A DNA stretch of 64,000 bases from the human T2T-CHM13v2.0 reference genome, Homo sapiens. Positions within the stretch are counted from its first letter, which is position 1. Each line of letters opens with the position of its first letter. Positions 25,346-38,656 of this stretch are shown here, one piece after another. Both the position numbers and the translations under genes were made by a program. The stretch is from the NCBI RefSeq assembly GCF_009914755.1, contig NC_060932.1. One strand, given 5' to 3'. The notes beneath the pieces were generated by a model. It was not told where the DNA came from and did not search any database. It saw only the letters and a program-made list of their open reading frames with translations.

Positions 25346-27659
25346 TAAATATATCTAAGACTAGTTCTGCATTCCAGTCTCGAAAAATGTGAAGATATAC
25401 TGGTTTGATGATACACTGAAATTAAAAACAAATGGGAACATTTAATGAGAGCAATAGAAGCTATTCATAAATAACCTTTAATGGTCTTAATTACAATTAT
25501 GAGCCTATAATTGTCCTCATATCTTCTTCTTGTGTACTTCTTACCTGTTTTCCTCTGTCCCTCGGTGTATAAGATGAATTCCTCTCACCATTCCTGTTTC
25601 CTGCCCTGTTGTATGTATGGTATTTTCAGCTATCTGGGATTTTTGTTAAAGAGTATCAAATCATATCCTAGGAAATGTGGCAAAAATAGAAACTATTGAT
25701 AGGAATATATAGAGTAATATATGTACGCATATGGTCAAGCTGCTCAAAATAGAACACTATAGCTAGCATTCTTTGCCAGCAGGCACTGTGATTGGAGCCT
25801 GGTGTTCTGATACTTTGCACTGTATTAATGAGTGACAGTTTTGAAATGGGGGTGACCGTGGTGCGTGGCAGAAATGAGAGGGGTAGACATCAGGGTGTAA
25901 TTTAGTTCTCTGCTCTCTTCTTGCTGATGATTTGCTGCTGTGCAGCACATCTCTGGAAATAAAATTCAATTTTAAAAAACCAAGTTAGACAGCAACAGAC
26001 AGTTAAATTTGACGTCAAGAATGTCTGGAAGCAATTGGAGATTGCATCCACTTCATACACTGTGATGAGGCACACTTGCCGTGACCACCGGCAGCCACCA
26101 GATAGACAGCTCTGCTCTGTATAGACACAGACACCACCTAGAGCCCCAAACACACCAAGCTCCTGGTTGTGGATATGCTGTAGATATTTGCCCCATTCCA
26201 CCCACAACTGGGACACTTGATGAAGTCACACTTGATTGAAATTGTGCTTCTCCCAGGCCCCGTCAGACACCACCTATGTGTTTAAATTTCACCGTCTATC
26301 TTAGCAAAGAAACAGAGGGGAGAGCTTCAATATACATTGCAACATAATCTTGTGCACAGGGTCTGCAAGGAAGCCCCCAAACAACCCTTTCTACAGAGCC
26401 AGATTTGATATGCAAAACAGCCTAATAAAAGGTACAAGATGAAGTTGCTACATAAAGTTAACAACATGGAAAGTAAAGAAGCAATTTCTAAACTAAAATA
26501 AATGTCAACTACAGCATATCCAGAGAGGGCTTTTGCTGACAGGATCAGCAGGTCAAAGGAAAGTAACCTTCCCTAGAGTCAGTGTTCAAGGCAGAGCCCC
26601 CATCTTTAACAGCAGCCTGCCCTTGGATGCCTCTCTGTGTGGGCTATCTGGTCACCCCAAGCCTCCTGCCCTCAGACTAGTAGAGGCCAGGGCCTGCCTA
26701 CGTGCTAGAGCAAATCCCCCAGTTAGAGCCTGTAGCTTGCTCCCGAGGATGTTCTATTCTTAGGAATAAGTGAATTGGAAGGTGCTTAGCACAAGGCCTG
26801 GCACATGGAGAGCCCTCAAAAAAATGGTAGCTGACATTAAGCTCCCTGTAGCCAATTTCCTGTCGTCAAGAAAATAATAGCAGTATGAGACACCAGTTTG
26901 ACTTTTTTGTTAAAACCAGTTGTGGTTATAGGTAAAGAATATATCAAACCATTGGAGGAATTCAAGCCATTCACAAGCCATCACCCAAAATTTCCTACAC
27001 ATAAAACAAGTTGCTGAGAGGAAATAAAACTGCCCTCTGAACACACGTATCGTGTATCACTGTTGCAGTCCCAGAGCCTGCAGAATTGCCTGTAACATAC
27101 TAGATGTGCAATAAATATGCGTTAAATGAATGTTCTCTTGATCACACTACACGTAAAACATCAAGAATTGTTACAACAAAGGATTAGCAAGCCTGGTAGC
27201 CTGAAATTGGTTCTGCCATTGACAAGACTATAGCATATGGCAAGCTACTCTGCATAGCTTATAAAAGGTAACCCTTCTCCATAGGATGTAACAAAATGAT
27301 ATGAAACAGGAACTCACATTTGTCTTGTATACTCACATCACAGGATTCAGAGATGGAAGATCTGTTTTGCTCTGTTATGTCCATGTTATTTCCAGCTGTT
27401 GGGGAATGTGGTTAGAGTGTCAAGTCACATGTGTGTGTGTGCTTGTATTCTTCTTTTAGGTTTACAATGGCATTGCTTTTAGGTTTGCTGTCATTCCCCA
27501 CACTTCACAAATTAGGAAATGGAGGCTCACAGAAATTAACGAATTGGCCAAACCTTATATTGCTTGTAAGTAGAAAAAGAGGTTCAAGCATGGGATGTCT
27601 GGCCCAGAGTTGGTTGTTTTTCCCAGGAAACTGTACCCCACCACCCAGTAACAATTCTA

Positions 27660-27770
27660 AGTAGTGACTTTTATATATTAATACAGGATCTTTCTTGGAG
27701 GTCACACTAATATCTGAGTAGTGATTGTTTTCTATATTAACACAGGATCTTTCTTGGAGGTTACGCTGAA
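27660..27770 (+). repeat. Two-copy tandem duplication, period about 58 bp
   Basis: agtagtga..tatattaa(t/c)acaggatctttcttggaggt twice. Confidence 0.9.
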
Positions 27771-27799
27771 GTAGATACAATGGAATGTCACCTGAGACT

Positions 27800-28337
27800 T
27801 GCCACAGTTGGGAATTCTCTGTGGGTCTGCTCTGCATCCATTCCTGTCTCCATTTTTCTTGGATTTGTTCTAACCATGCTCCGTGAGTCCGTGTGACTCC
27901 AGGAAGCCAAATCTACCCCCATATCTGAGGTGGACCTCGGTGGGTCATTTATCCTGTTGGTCATTGGTTCAGCATTAGGTTATGCTGCAGTTAGGGCTAA
28001 TTAGACCAGTAGAGGGCCTTCCAGGAAGGATCATATTAGTTCTTCTGTGAAAGCTTCAGGGGACCACTCTTCTTTGGACACCACAGGAAAGCCTGGAGCC
28101 TTAGCAAATGGCTGGATATGATCCTGAGAGCCGCAGGCAAAGTGACACGAAGGATGGCGGTGGAAAGAGTCAGGAAGACCCTCATCCTTATACCAGGCTG
28201 AGCTGCTGGGTGAATCAGTTCTGGAGGTGCTCCTGCCTCTGGAATCCTGATTTCATGAGCCAATGGATACCTTTCATGTTTAAGCCACTTTGAGTTGAAT
28301 TCTCTGTTACTTCAACAAAAGCACCATAACTAAGATA
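27800..28337 (+). mobile_element. Old MLT1 (J/K/L-like) MaLR LTR
   Basis: 3' end tttaagccactttgagttgaattctctgttacttcaacaaaagcaccataactaagata. Confidence 0.65.
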
Positions 28338-30159
28338 TTCTACAGAATTTTTAAATTCTATGATCTGACCCCTACAGTGAATATTCACTGAAAAATAAAA
28401 ATTTGGGGACTATTGTACTGTGCTGAAAAAGAAATACCAAGTCAATACACAAAATAGTTCTACCTTGAGAGCATTAAAATTTTCTCAAGAACAGACTACT
28501 TTGTGCATACACAAATGTAAATCTGTTGTGTGAATTTAAAAATTGAAGTAGTTGAAACTCTACTAAGGTAGAATCTAAGATTCATCTTTTCCTAATTTTG
28601 CATTATCATATATACAAATAAAAAATTGGAAATGGAAGCATATGGGCAGTTGGGCATATCACTATGTGCTTCTCACATTCCAGTTGGATATGCTGATGGA
28701 GCCTCCTACTGGGTAGAGCAGCAGTCTTAATGCCCCTGTTTTGACCTCTCACTGCTCCGTTTACCTTGTGATTCCCTCACAAGAAGTGAGAAGTGGGGCC
28801 CATTGATGGGTTTGGTTGAGTTGAGCATCAAAATGAAGACTGTCTCTAGAAGTGTCTGTAACTGAAAGGGTCTCAGAAATTCAGAGCCTTGCTATGTGAG
28901 GCTCTCGGCAGTACTCCCCCAAATCCAAAATTCTACTCTGTTTCATGTTAAGCCTTTATTTTTTCTCAGAATAAAGATCCAAGGCCCAAAGAGGCTCAAA
29001 AACCAGTTTATCTCAAAACAGAATCCCTGATCCCCCTCCCTGAAAATAGCAGCCCTTCCAATCAGCTGGCATCAACAAAGTCAAGGTTGGCTTTGAATGT
29101 TGTTCTTTTCCCTCTCTTTCCTTCCTCTCACTGTTATGCAGCTCCTAATACAAAATAAGCAAGTGATGAGGGCCTGAGGTTTGCACACAGAACAAGGCAC
29201 AAGCTGGTGAAAGGCTGCAGCTTTGAGAAAATTGCCTACTTTAGTTACTGTGCTTCTACTGGCACCAACCTCATTGGAACAGAATAAGTCACAAATCAGA
29301 AGAGATGCTGAGTGTCTTCCTCAGGAACAGCGAGTGGAATACATGACCCAAACCTAATGCTTCTGGTTCTGAAAAAAATACTAAATAAATGTTTTCTGTT
29401 TAAAACGTGCACTCTGGGTCCTTCACTGTGCAGAGTGACTTCATGGGCCTTTGGGACCACAAGGGATGAGTCCTCTGCTGCTTTCAGATCCAACCGCCTG
29501 AGTACAGGAGACAAGGGAATGGGCAAGCTGCCTGGAGGGTCACTTCCATGACATTCATCTCAGTCTTTTGGCTTGAATTCTGATGTCACAAGGGCAGAGG
29601 AAAATTCTCCTGAACAGAATTGGGCAGTGAGATACTTGTACCAAGGCCTCTAAAAGGTTAGTTATCTGGTCAGTGACAATACACTCATCCTTGGTAAGAG
29701 AAAAAAACAAACTCTGCCATAGAAAAATCATCAACTTTTCTCGAGTGACAGCAGTAGAGAAGGGATCAGCCTTCTTATCTGAGAGCAAGATGCAACCTGG
29801 AAAGCAAGATGCAATTTTGCTGTTTTATGTTGTCTTTTTTTCCATGTTTAAGTAGTGTTCAAGTCTCATTCTTCTAAAGATAACTCAGCTAAACTAATGA
29901 GCCTGGTAAAATTGTTTTGTCACTTCACAGAAACATTTTTTTTCCTAAAGGGAGAAAAAAACCTTGACATCACTGTAACTCTTTAATTTATATTCTTTCA
30001 TTTGATCTTGTTAAGCACTTATGCCAACCCCGTGAGAAGAAACTACAGCTTGGAAATAATATACCTTCTTAGGGTGGAAATTTTCTTGACTCAATACATT
30101 TTTTTAAATTTTGCCCTCCATTCCCTTTTCTGTCCCAAATTTGAAAAGAGATCCCTGTT

Positions 30160-30290
30160 GAAAGTACCCAATTTAGAGATGAAAAAACTGAGATGCTGGG
30201 AATTTAAGCAGGCTTTCCAAGATCACACAGATGATACAGAAAGCTGGTCCTAGAACTCCTGGACTCCAAAGCCCTGCTCTTTCTACTCCC
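30160..30290 (-). mobile_element. MIR relic
   Basis: agatgaaaaaactgagatgctgggaatttaagc...ccaagatcacacag...actcctggactccaaagccc. Confidence 0.7.
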
Positions 30291-30464
30291 TGCTTGGCAA
30301 CCTCCCACCTATGGACCTGAGAAACTGCTACTGCACCCCAGACGCTAGGTGGTGCTTCCCAAAAGGCAAGGGTCTTGCATCTTTTGCTCTTTCTACATTA
30401 TTTGGATATTTTACATTCAGAATACATTATTTCATAACTTGATTTTTAAAGGGATAAAAATGTA

Positions 30465-30737
30465 TTTTTCCAGGTTTATTGAGGTACAATTGCCAGAAAA
30501 ATTGTATAATTCAAGGTGTACAATGCAACATTTGATATACATATACATTGCGAAATGATTTTCACAATCAAGTTAACGAACATATTCATCACCACACAGT
30601 TACTATTTTGTGCATGTGAGGGTGAGGACACAAGATCTACCGTCTTAGCAAATTTCAAGTGTATGATATAGTATTCTTAACAAATGTCGCCATCCTGTGC
30701 GTTAGATCTCCAGAGCTTACTCATAACTGAAAGTTTG
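30465..30737 (-). mobile_element. L1MA8/9-like 3' end
   Basis: tttattgaggtacaattg...atatacattgcgaaatgatt...cttagcaaatttcaagtgtat...tagatctccagagctt. Confidence 0.9.
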
Positions 30738-31239
30738 AAAATGGATAAATACACTAATAATCATTGAGCACTGTCGAATACTAAGTAGCTCTGAGGCGTC
30801 CTTGTTCATTTTGCTATGTGTGTTATTGTGTTTTATGTGTTCTATATGTATGACTTCATTTAATTCACGGGGTAGCTATACCATAAAACTACACACAGGA
30901 AATAGAAAGGAGAAAGAGCACAATTATTCCATTATTCAATTCCGTAATTGAGTAATTCACAGCAGATCCTTACTTCGTGTCTACCCAACCTCACTCCTCT
31001 CTCTTTGACTCCTTTCTGGATCCTATAATTGGCTGCCAGAACTACTCGCTCAAAAACACCCTTATTTCCTTTGTGCCCTTTCTTCTTTCCATACTTCCCC
31101 AATGACGATGAAAACGTTTAGAAAGTCATGCAGAATCTGTCCTTAAAATGTGTAGTCTCCCACTCGGCTGGACAATCATCACCCCTGGTCAGCCATTTTT
31201 CTTATCCTTGATTCATTTCCTTTCCTTATCTAAATATTC

Positions 31240-32235
31240 CAAATTTTGACTACTTTCCTCAAGATGCTGGTGCAGTTCTTAACTTCTTCAGTCTCAGAAG
31301 GGATGAACTCGTCTATAATTTCATCAACAAACTAGAGGCCACACAGCACCTTCCTCCACCCACAGTCTCCGTGGCCACGCCCACCCCGAGGACCGCCCCT
31401 CCGCGCTCAGCGTGAGATCCTCAGACCCCCGCCTCCGCCCAGACACTTCACCATCCCCTCTTCTCCAGAACTGCACACAGCCCTTTTTCTCCTGTATTCG
31501 CACTTCTCTTCTTCTCCTTGGCCCATCGGTATGTTTATTTACCTCCTATCTTTACTGAGACTTTTCTTCATGCTACGGCCTAACTCGTCCCCTCTCCTTC
31601 CTATCCAAACGCCCAAAGTACAGCGCCTCCTCTTTTCCTCTCCTTCACCCTTCAACTCATCTGTCTTCTCTCCATCTTCCCACAGCTCTGCTGAACATTC
31701 ACGGGGATGTTCAACTAACTGATCAGAAAGTCAGAGAGCATCTTTCAGTCCAATCTTATTTCATGCCTCCCCAACACTGCATCAGTCCTTTCTTAAAGGG
31801 CTCGGCGTCCTTGGTTCCAGGACAGCTGGTCCTCCCCTCCGACTGGGCTTCATTCTTCTACTACTCCTTCGATGGCAGCTGTCCTAGTTTTCTGTCCCCA
31901 GCCCATGGATGCTGATCATTCTCGCTATGTGTTATCATTCGCCTTAGGATTCCAAATACATGCTGATCGCTAAATCCACATGATGGACCCAGATCCAAAC
32001 ATCAGACTTAAGCTAATTACTGAATATTTCCACCTAGATATTTCCTAATACCACAGATCCAACCATTCTAACACACGTCCAAAACTCAGTTTACCTTTCA
32101 CATAAAGCAGCGTTGGTAGAGCCACCATCATCCCCCAACCACTCACCTAGAAACCTTGGAATAAACCCTGACTCATTTCTCTCACACTCTATGTCCAATC
32201 AGTTAATCGTGTTTTGCCAATTTTAATTCCTAAGT
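31240..32235 (+). mobile_element. L2 LINE relic
   Basis: Pyrimidine-rich; atttccacctagatatttc, gaaaccttggaataaaccctgactc...tccaatcagtt. Confidence 0.6.
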
Positions 32236-32244
32236 ATAACAGAT

Positions 32245-32640
32245 TATATTCTCACAGATGGCCACGACAATATCCCCCACCCCAAACGCTATTCTGGAAT
32301 GTGGCCTTACCCACTCCGATCAAGAGGCGAGTCTGCTTCTCCACCCGCAAGCAGGGGGACTCGGTGACTCCTCCAACCAACAGACGCAGCAGGAGGAAGA
32401 GGCACTGCCCGAGGCAGCCCTTCCCTGGGGAGCAGCTCCCAGTTCCTGTGTCTTGGAAGCCAATCTTGGAGACCACCATGCTGTGAGAAGCCCAAGCTAT
32501 GTAGAGAGGGCCTAGAAGATGCGACACCACATATGAGGACAGAAAAAGGCAAAGGGCCAAGAGGTGCCAAACACGCCATGAAGAAGCCATCTTGGAAGAA
32601 GATCTGACGGTCCCAGCTACACTGACCGTGTCCCTGTCCT
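32245..32640 (+). mobile_element. MLT1G/H-like MaLR LTR
   Basis: agatggccac...atcaagaggcgagtct...ccaccatgctgtgagaagcccaagcta...gaagaagccatcttgga. Confidence 0.7.
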
Positions 32641-33544
32641 AACTTCATCCTTCCTAGGCCTTTCTAGAAAACCTTGAGTAAGTCTCAGACAACTGAGGTA
32701 AACAGCCTGGTGGTGAATGAAAGGGTTCATAGAATTCAAACTTAGATGGTTCCCTATGTTTTCTCTATTTCCTTTAGAGATCTGTGACTGTGTCCGCCCC
32801 ATACCCTGATCTCCAGGCTGGTGCAGCGGAGTGCGGCCAGCTAGGCTGGTGTCTTTCTTCCCTTCCCATCTCATGGTGGACCTCCCACGACAGGGGATAG
32901 AGAAGGGCTTCTCAGCTCGGGAGCTCGGGGCTGAGGAGTCACCTCACTGCTGAACTGGAGCTTCCAAAAACTTCCTCCAGTCCCCCAGGAGAGGAAGGAG
33001 AAGCCCCGTCTGCACCCAGGCCCGGCTTAGCGAAGCCTGGTGCGTACTGCTAAGCGCTCAGCTCCCTCAACCCGCCGCACTTCACGAGCCCCACACAAGC
33101 CTGCGTGCCAGGGGTAGTGCGACCCTGAGCTGCAGCAGAGCAGGACGGGGCTTCCCGGAAGTCACCCTACATTTTCAGGGTACGGAAGAGTAATCAAAGG
33201 ACTTGTCAACATGTACATTTTGGAGCCCCACCCCCAATGCCTTTTTTCTGGGGTGCACCCAGGAGCTGTGCTTTTAAACGGACCTCCCAGGGTTATTGAT
33301 AAAGGTACTTGGTAAACCACACTTTGAGATACACAGTTCTAATGTTCTAATGAAATGTCAGTCATGTCCTCTGCTTTCAAGGGGTTTACAGTCAAACCAA
33401 ATATATCTTAAATGATATAATCTAGTATATACCAAATACCAAGAGAGATAACATGAATGTCGATAAAGGAATTAAAGAAAATGACATGCATCTGGACAGT
33501 GTGGGATCTGTCTTGGGTTTAATGAAGGTCAGATTCTGGTGGCT

Positions 33545-33712
33545 TGGGGTCCTCAAAATGCAGTGACGAGCCAACAGTGTCTGCATTCCCTGGGCACTTG
33601 TTGGAAATGCAGATTCTAGGGCCCCACTCAGGATTACTGACTGAGAACCCCTGGGGTGGGCTCAGCCATTCGTCTTTTGACACCGTCTCCCAGCTCACAT
33701 TGGGCACCACTG
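33545..33712 (+). mobile_element. MER5A hAT MITE (a second degenerate MER5 at about 33170-33340)
   Basis: cacttgttggaaatgcagattctaggccccactcagg...gcaccactg. Confidence 0.75.
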
Positions 33713-35239
33713 AGTGGTAGAGAAATGCCCCCAGGAAATGTCCAGAGACCAGACTACACCGGTTGCCTGAAGGGGACATTTGGTGATGTATGAAAAGTAA
33801 AGTGTGTCCTAAACAAACCAAACCAGCGGCTGTTTCTGCCATGCTGATGGGGGATATGCGTGTGTGATAGGTGCCTGGAAAGCGCGTGTCTTCCCCCCAT
33901 CTGCCATGCTTATGGTCCCACCACCATGCTAAAAATACGAGTCTGCATGGAACAGTCCTCTCTTAATGGTTTCGGATTTAAAACATAGCCATTGGAATAA
34001 GTCATGGCTGGTATATAAAGACCACCGTAATACGGTGTTAGGTGGCGCAGTATTTGTTTAGTTTACATTTAGCATTCCATCTGTACCAGTGAAATCATAA
34101 ATTTGTTCAGAGACTGTGGTGGGAGTCGGGGAGTGTGTTCTTTGTAAGTGGTAAAAAGCCAACAGGTTTCAAAGCAGTAATGGTTAATGAACTTATATGT
34201 GCATTCAATATGTTACGCTTACAGCATGATGTGTCATGAATAAACAGGAATTGTGGTTAGTAATAAAAATATGAAATATGTTCATTAAATTGCAGGATAG
34301 AGGTACATTAATCACAAAAAGCTTTATTTCAGAAAGCCATTTGCACTGTTTGAACTACTAATAAGTATTTGAGTCAAGAATGTGGCTTACAACTTCTCTT
34401 ATTATAAACCTATGGGGTAATATCATGTACTATAATTAATCAGCTTGTAAGAACAAAAACAAGGAAGTACTGTATCCCAGGGAAAAGTCTGTTTTATTTT
34501 AATGAGCTAGAGAAATATGCCTCTTTTAAAAACGTCCTTTTATCATTTGTAACATGGACTATTAGATAAAGTCTGTGGTTCTTCACCTTGTAATCTTGTA
34601 ATAATGTTACATACTAAGTGTTTCACTGCTGAAGAATCATTTATAGCTACTAAATGAGGAAGGAAGTTAGTGCAGCACTGTTGTAGTAAATGTAGTCAAA
34701 GTAAGTCTTCTAGTCAAAGACTCACAATCATGTTTGGGATTTTATTGACATGTATGTTCAGTAATCTGGATATTAGAGAAAATATCCAGCACAGAGTTCT
34801 GGGAAGAAGCTAAACAGTGTCCAACCAATAAAGTTAAAAAGAACAGTATCTTGTGTCATTCTGATAACTATAATTAAATTATCTTCTTCCAATACATTCT
34901 TTCTTTGCTTGCAGAATGAACACATTGAAAGTTTTCCCATATAATATTTTCATAGATTATAAACTTCAGTTCATTATTCTCGTGTTAAAATTTTATAATT
35001 TGACACAGTTTTTTTAAGCCCGTCATTATCTTGTACCTATCTCTATAGGGAAGTGTTCAGAGTGTAGACTTTTGACTGAATAAGAATTAATAGTTACCAT
35101 GTTTGTACTTTTTTTGTACAATCAGACATTTAGCGTTCATCTTGTTCTGTATCTGTAAAAAAGTAACTTTTAAAGCAATTTCACAAACATCCAGAGCACA
35201 TCTAGAAATTGCTGGCATATTCAGTGGAGGGGGAAGGGC

Positions 35240-35935
35240 AGGATGGGGAGAAGTTGGCCAACAGATACAAAGTTACAATCAGATAGGAAGACTACTTTTT
35301 GGTGCTCTATTGCAGTGGTCCCCACCCTTTTTGGTACCAGGGACCAGTTTCACGGAAGACAATTTTTCCACAGACCAAAGGTGGGGCAGGAGATGTTGGC
35401 AGATGGTTTTGGGATGATTCAAATGCATTACACTTATTGTGCACTTTATTTCTATTATTATTACGTTGTAATATATAATGAAATAATTGCACAACTCACC
35501 ATAATGTAGAATCAGTGGGAGCCCTAAGCTTGTTTTCCTGCAACTAAACAGTTCCATCTGGGGGTGATGGGAGACAGTGACAGATCATCAGGCATTAGAT
35601 TCTCATAAGAAGCAGGCAATGTAGACCCCTCACATGAGCAGTTAGGGTTCATGCTCCTATGAGAATCTAATGCTGCTGCTGATCTGACAGGAGGGGGAGC
35701 TCAGGTGATAATGCCAGCCATGGGGAGTGGCTGTAAATACAGACGAAGCTTCACTTGCTTGTCCGCTGCTCACCTCTTGCTGTGTGGTCTGGTTCCTAAC
35801 AGGCCGTGAACTGGTACTGATTCGTGGCTTTGGAGTTGGGGACCCTTGTTCTATTGCACAGTAAGGTGTATCAAAACATCAAACTGTACCCCGTAAATAT
35901 GTACAACTATAAAGTGTCAATTATAAATATTTTTT
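35240..35935 (+). mobile_element. L1MA 3'-end fragment split by MER1A
   Basis: gatacaaagttacaatcagataggaag...ctattg / cacagtaaggtg...tgtaccccgtaaatatgtacaac. Confidence 0.75.
35313..35848 (+). mobile_element. MER1A hAT-Charlie element
   Basis: TIRs cagtggtcccc / ggggacccttg; 8-bp TSD (c/t)tctattg; colinear with the 15394 copy. Confidence 0.95.
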
Positions 35936-36883
35936 TAAAGTTTTAGTGAATAATTCATAATTAGAATTATGTTTCTTTTCCGAATAAAATAACACAACAT
36001 AAAGTAGATAATAACCAGAGGTCCAATCTAGCTTGTTTTCTTTCCCAATACTTGCTCTATGTGCTTTGTAAGTTATTTCAATTTATTCTATGATGGCGGA
36101 AAACAGTTTCTGCACCACTAGTGAAAGATGATGATGTATTAACTATTATGATGCATTGACCTTATGCAATTACTATGCCTCATGCCTTTCTCTGCAAATG
36201 TAGTAAATAATTCTGAGCAAGTCCACTAGGAGGAGTTCTTGCTACAACTATAAAACAAAAGATAGCTTTTGCTATTTGCTGATTGAGACATTTGGTACTT
36301 TCCTTAATTTTTTCTGCATACTTTTATTGGCATACAAAAATGCATGCTCCACAGGCAGCAGATAAAATGTAAAAATATTCAAATAAGACTTTATTAAATA
36401 TAGAAAGCAAGGAAGATAATCGAAGCCAACTTTTATAAACTTGTATTGACCTCTAAATGAAGACAAAAAAATGATATGTACATCTGCAGACAATTTGCTA
36501 TGACTATATTCTTCAAAAGAATAATATAGTTTAACAGGAGGATAAAAGCTGAGATTTTCCTATAGCCTCAATTAAATATTTCTATTTTTAAAACATTCCA
36601 TTTCTATTAAATTTGCTGATAGTTCTTAAATTGCAATGATAAAATGTGTTCCTGTCGAATGTTCCTAAGAATTCAAAAACTTACCTGCAAACCTATGTCA
36701 TTTTCACTCAGACTGCCTTGATGCTCCGTGCTTTGAATGCATTGATTTTCTCCATCTCTTGAGTGAAAATGATTTTTTGTTATGAATTTTAACATTTATT
36801 AAAGTAATAAAGTATACAAATACGTGGTCTCCTACACAGAGTTTGAGTATAACTCGCCTATAAAATATTTATTTTGAACCATG

Positions 36884-36968
36884 GTGTGCATGTGTATGTG
36901 CACGTGTGTGCACAAGCATGTGTGCACGCATGTGCATGTGTGTAATGCGTTCCTACACACGTATGTGC
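36884..36968. repeat. Alternating purine-pyrimidine (TG/CA/TGCA) repeat
   Basis: gtgtgcatgtgtatgtgcacgtgtgtgcac... Confidence 0.85.
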
Positions 36969-38089
36969 TAGCGCGGTCATACTGGCCCACTGATATTAAT
37001 GAGAAAGTGATCTATATTTTTTCTTTTTATTTATTGGCTAATGAGCAATAGACGTGGCTTCCTTGGAAGCAAAAATAGCTTTAAGTCATCTATGGAAGGA
37101 TGGATGCAAAGAAAGTAAACAACCGCATGACAGAAAGATCAGAGCTGCATTTTTAACCTTTCCTGGCACTGAGAGCCTGACTTCCGGGCCTTGTGAAGGA
37201 GCCAGACCTCCATGAGTGAGGAGCAGATGGAACAGGCAGTAGTAAGACATTATAAACATTTTCGAAAATGATTCTACAAAGCCAAGTGGCCTGTGGAGTA
37301 GCAATGGGGGAGGGGAGACTGGGGAGAGAACAGCAACCTGACTTTGAGATTGTTCAGCAGGTGGCAAACACTACCAAATGATGCTGGTATTAAAACCGTG
37401 GAGTGGGGTGAACCGGCTGGAGCGCTGCGAGGAGGAGCAGATGCTCCCGTTCCCGAGTCCCCCGTCCGCCCGTGCTTCTGGAGCCATTTTCTATATGACA
37501 CCCATTTGTTTAGCTCAAATTCTAGGCCAAGAGCTACAGTGGCTCCAACCTCGTCAAAGGCAGGACATTCCATGGAAGTACACAAGATGCTATTCAGACT
37601 GGCACTAAAATCCTCATTACCTGCGGGATACAATTCAGTTCCTTAGCATGACACTCAGGGTCTCCACCATCCACCCTCTCACTGCCTCCCATCGTGGCCA
37701 CCGCCACTTCATTTCCTAAAAGCCACACTCTATTCAGGGAATCATTCCGTCGTCATGTGGTGCTCCTTCCTACCTTCTTAAGCTCTCCTGACCTGAGATA
37801 TCCTCCTGCCCGCCTGTCAATATCCTATAAGGCTCTGGGGAAAGGCCAGACACGGTGGGAGCTCCTCCAGTCCTCTTGCCAGCCCAAATTCCTCTCCAGG
37901 GTGCCCTGTGGCACGTATGATTTCTCTATGAGACCATGGAAGTCCACACGTTTACCTTCCCTATTCGTCTGCAAGAACTCGAAGGGAAGGCACTCACCTT
38001 GCTCACTGTGCATTTGTATCCTATGCAAGACCCTGCCACCACCTTCCACAACTCATCACTCGACACTTACTATGGGCATCCCCTCATTT

Positions 38090-38275
38090 AATCTGCTGGG
38101 GTTTCAATCCCCAGTTCTCCACTCACCAGCTGTGCAACCTTGGGCATACTTAGACTCTTACTGCCTCAGTGCCTCCATCTGTGAAATAGGGTAACAATGC
38201 CCTGCCTCACTGGATAACTGTGAGGATCAAAGGCATTACTGCATATGTAGTGTGTGCCAGACTCCTGGCTGGTAA
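38090..38275 (+). mobile_element. MIR
   Basis: ttcaatcccagttctccactcaccagctgtgcaaccttgggc...gcctcagtgcctccatctgtgaaatagggg. Confidence 0.85.
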
Positions 38276-38310
38276 AAGGGGATCAGGACTCCTTACCTAA
38301 TTTTTCCTAA

Positions 38311-38656
<346 letters not shown>

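Noticed and set aside
36698-36772. Hairpin as a C/D snoRNA or pre-miRNA
   Set aside because: A CTGA lies next to the stem on the minus strand but the C box (GAGATGG) deviates at two positions, and the inner region pairs too poorly for a pre-miRNA.
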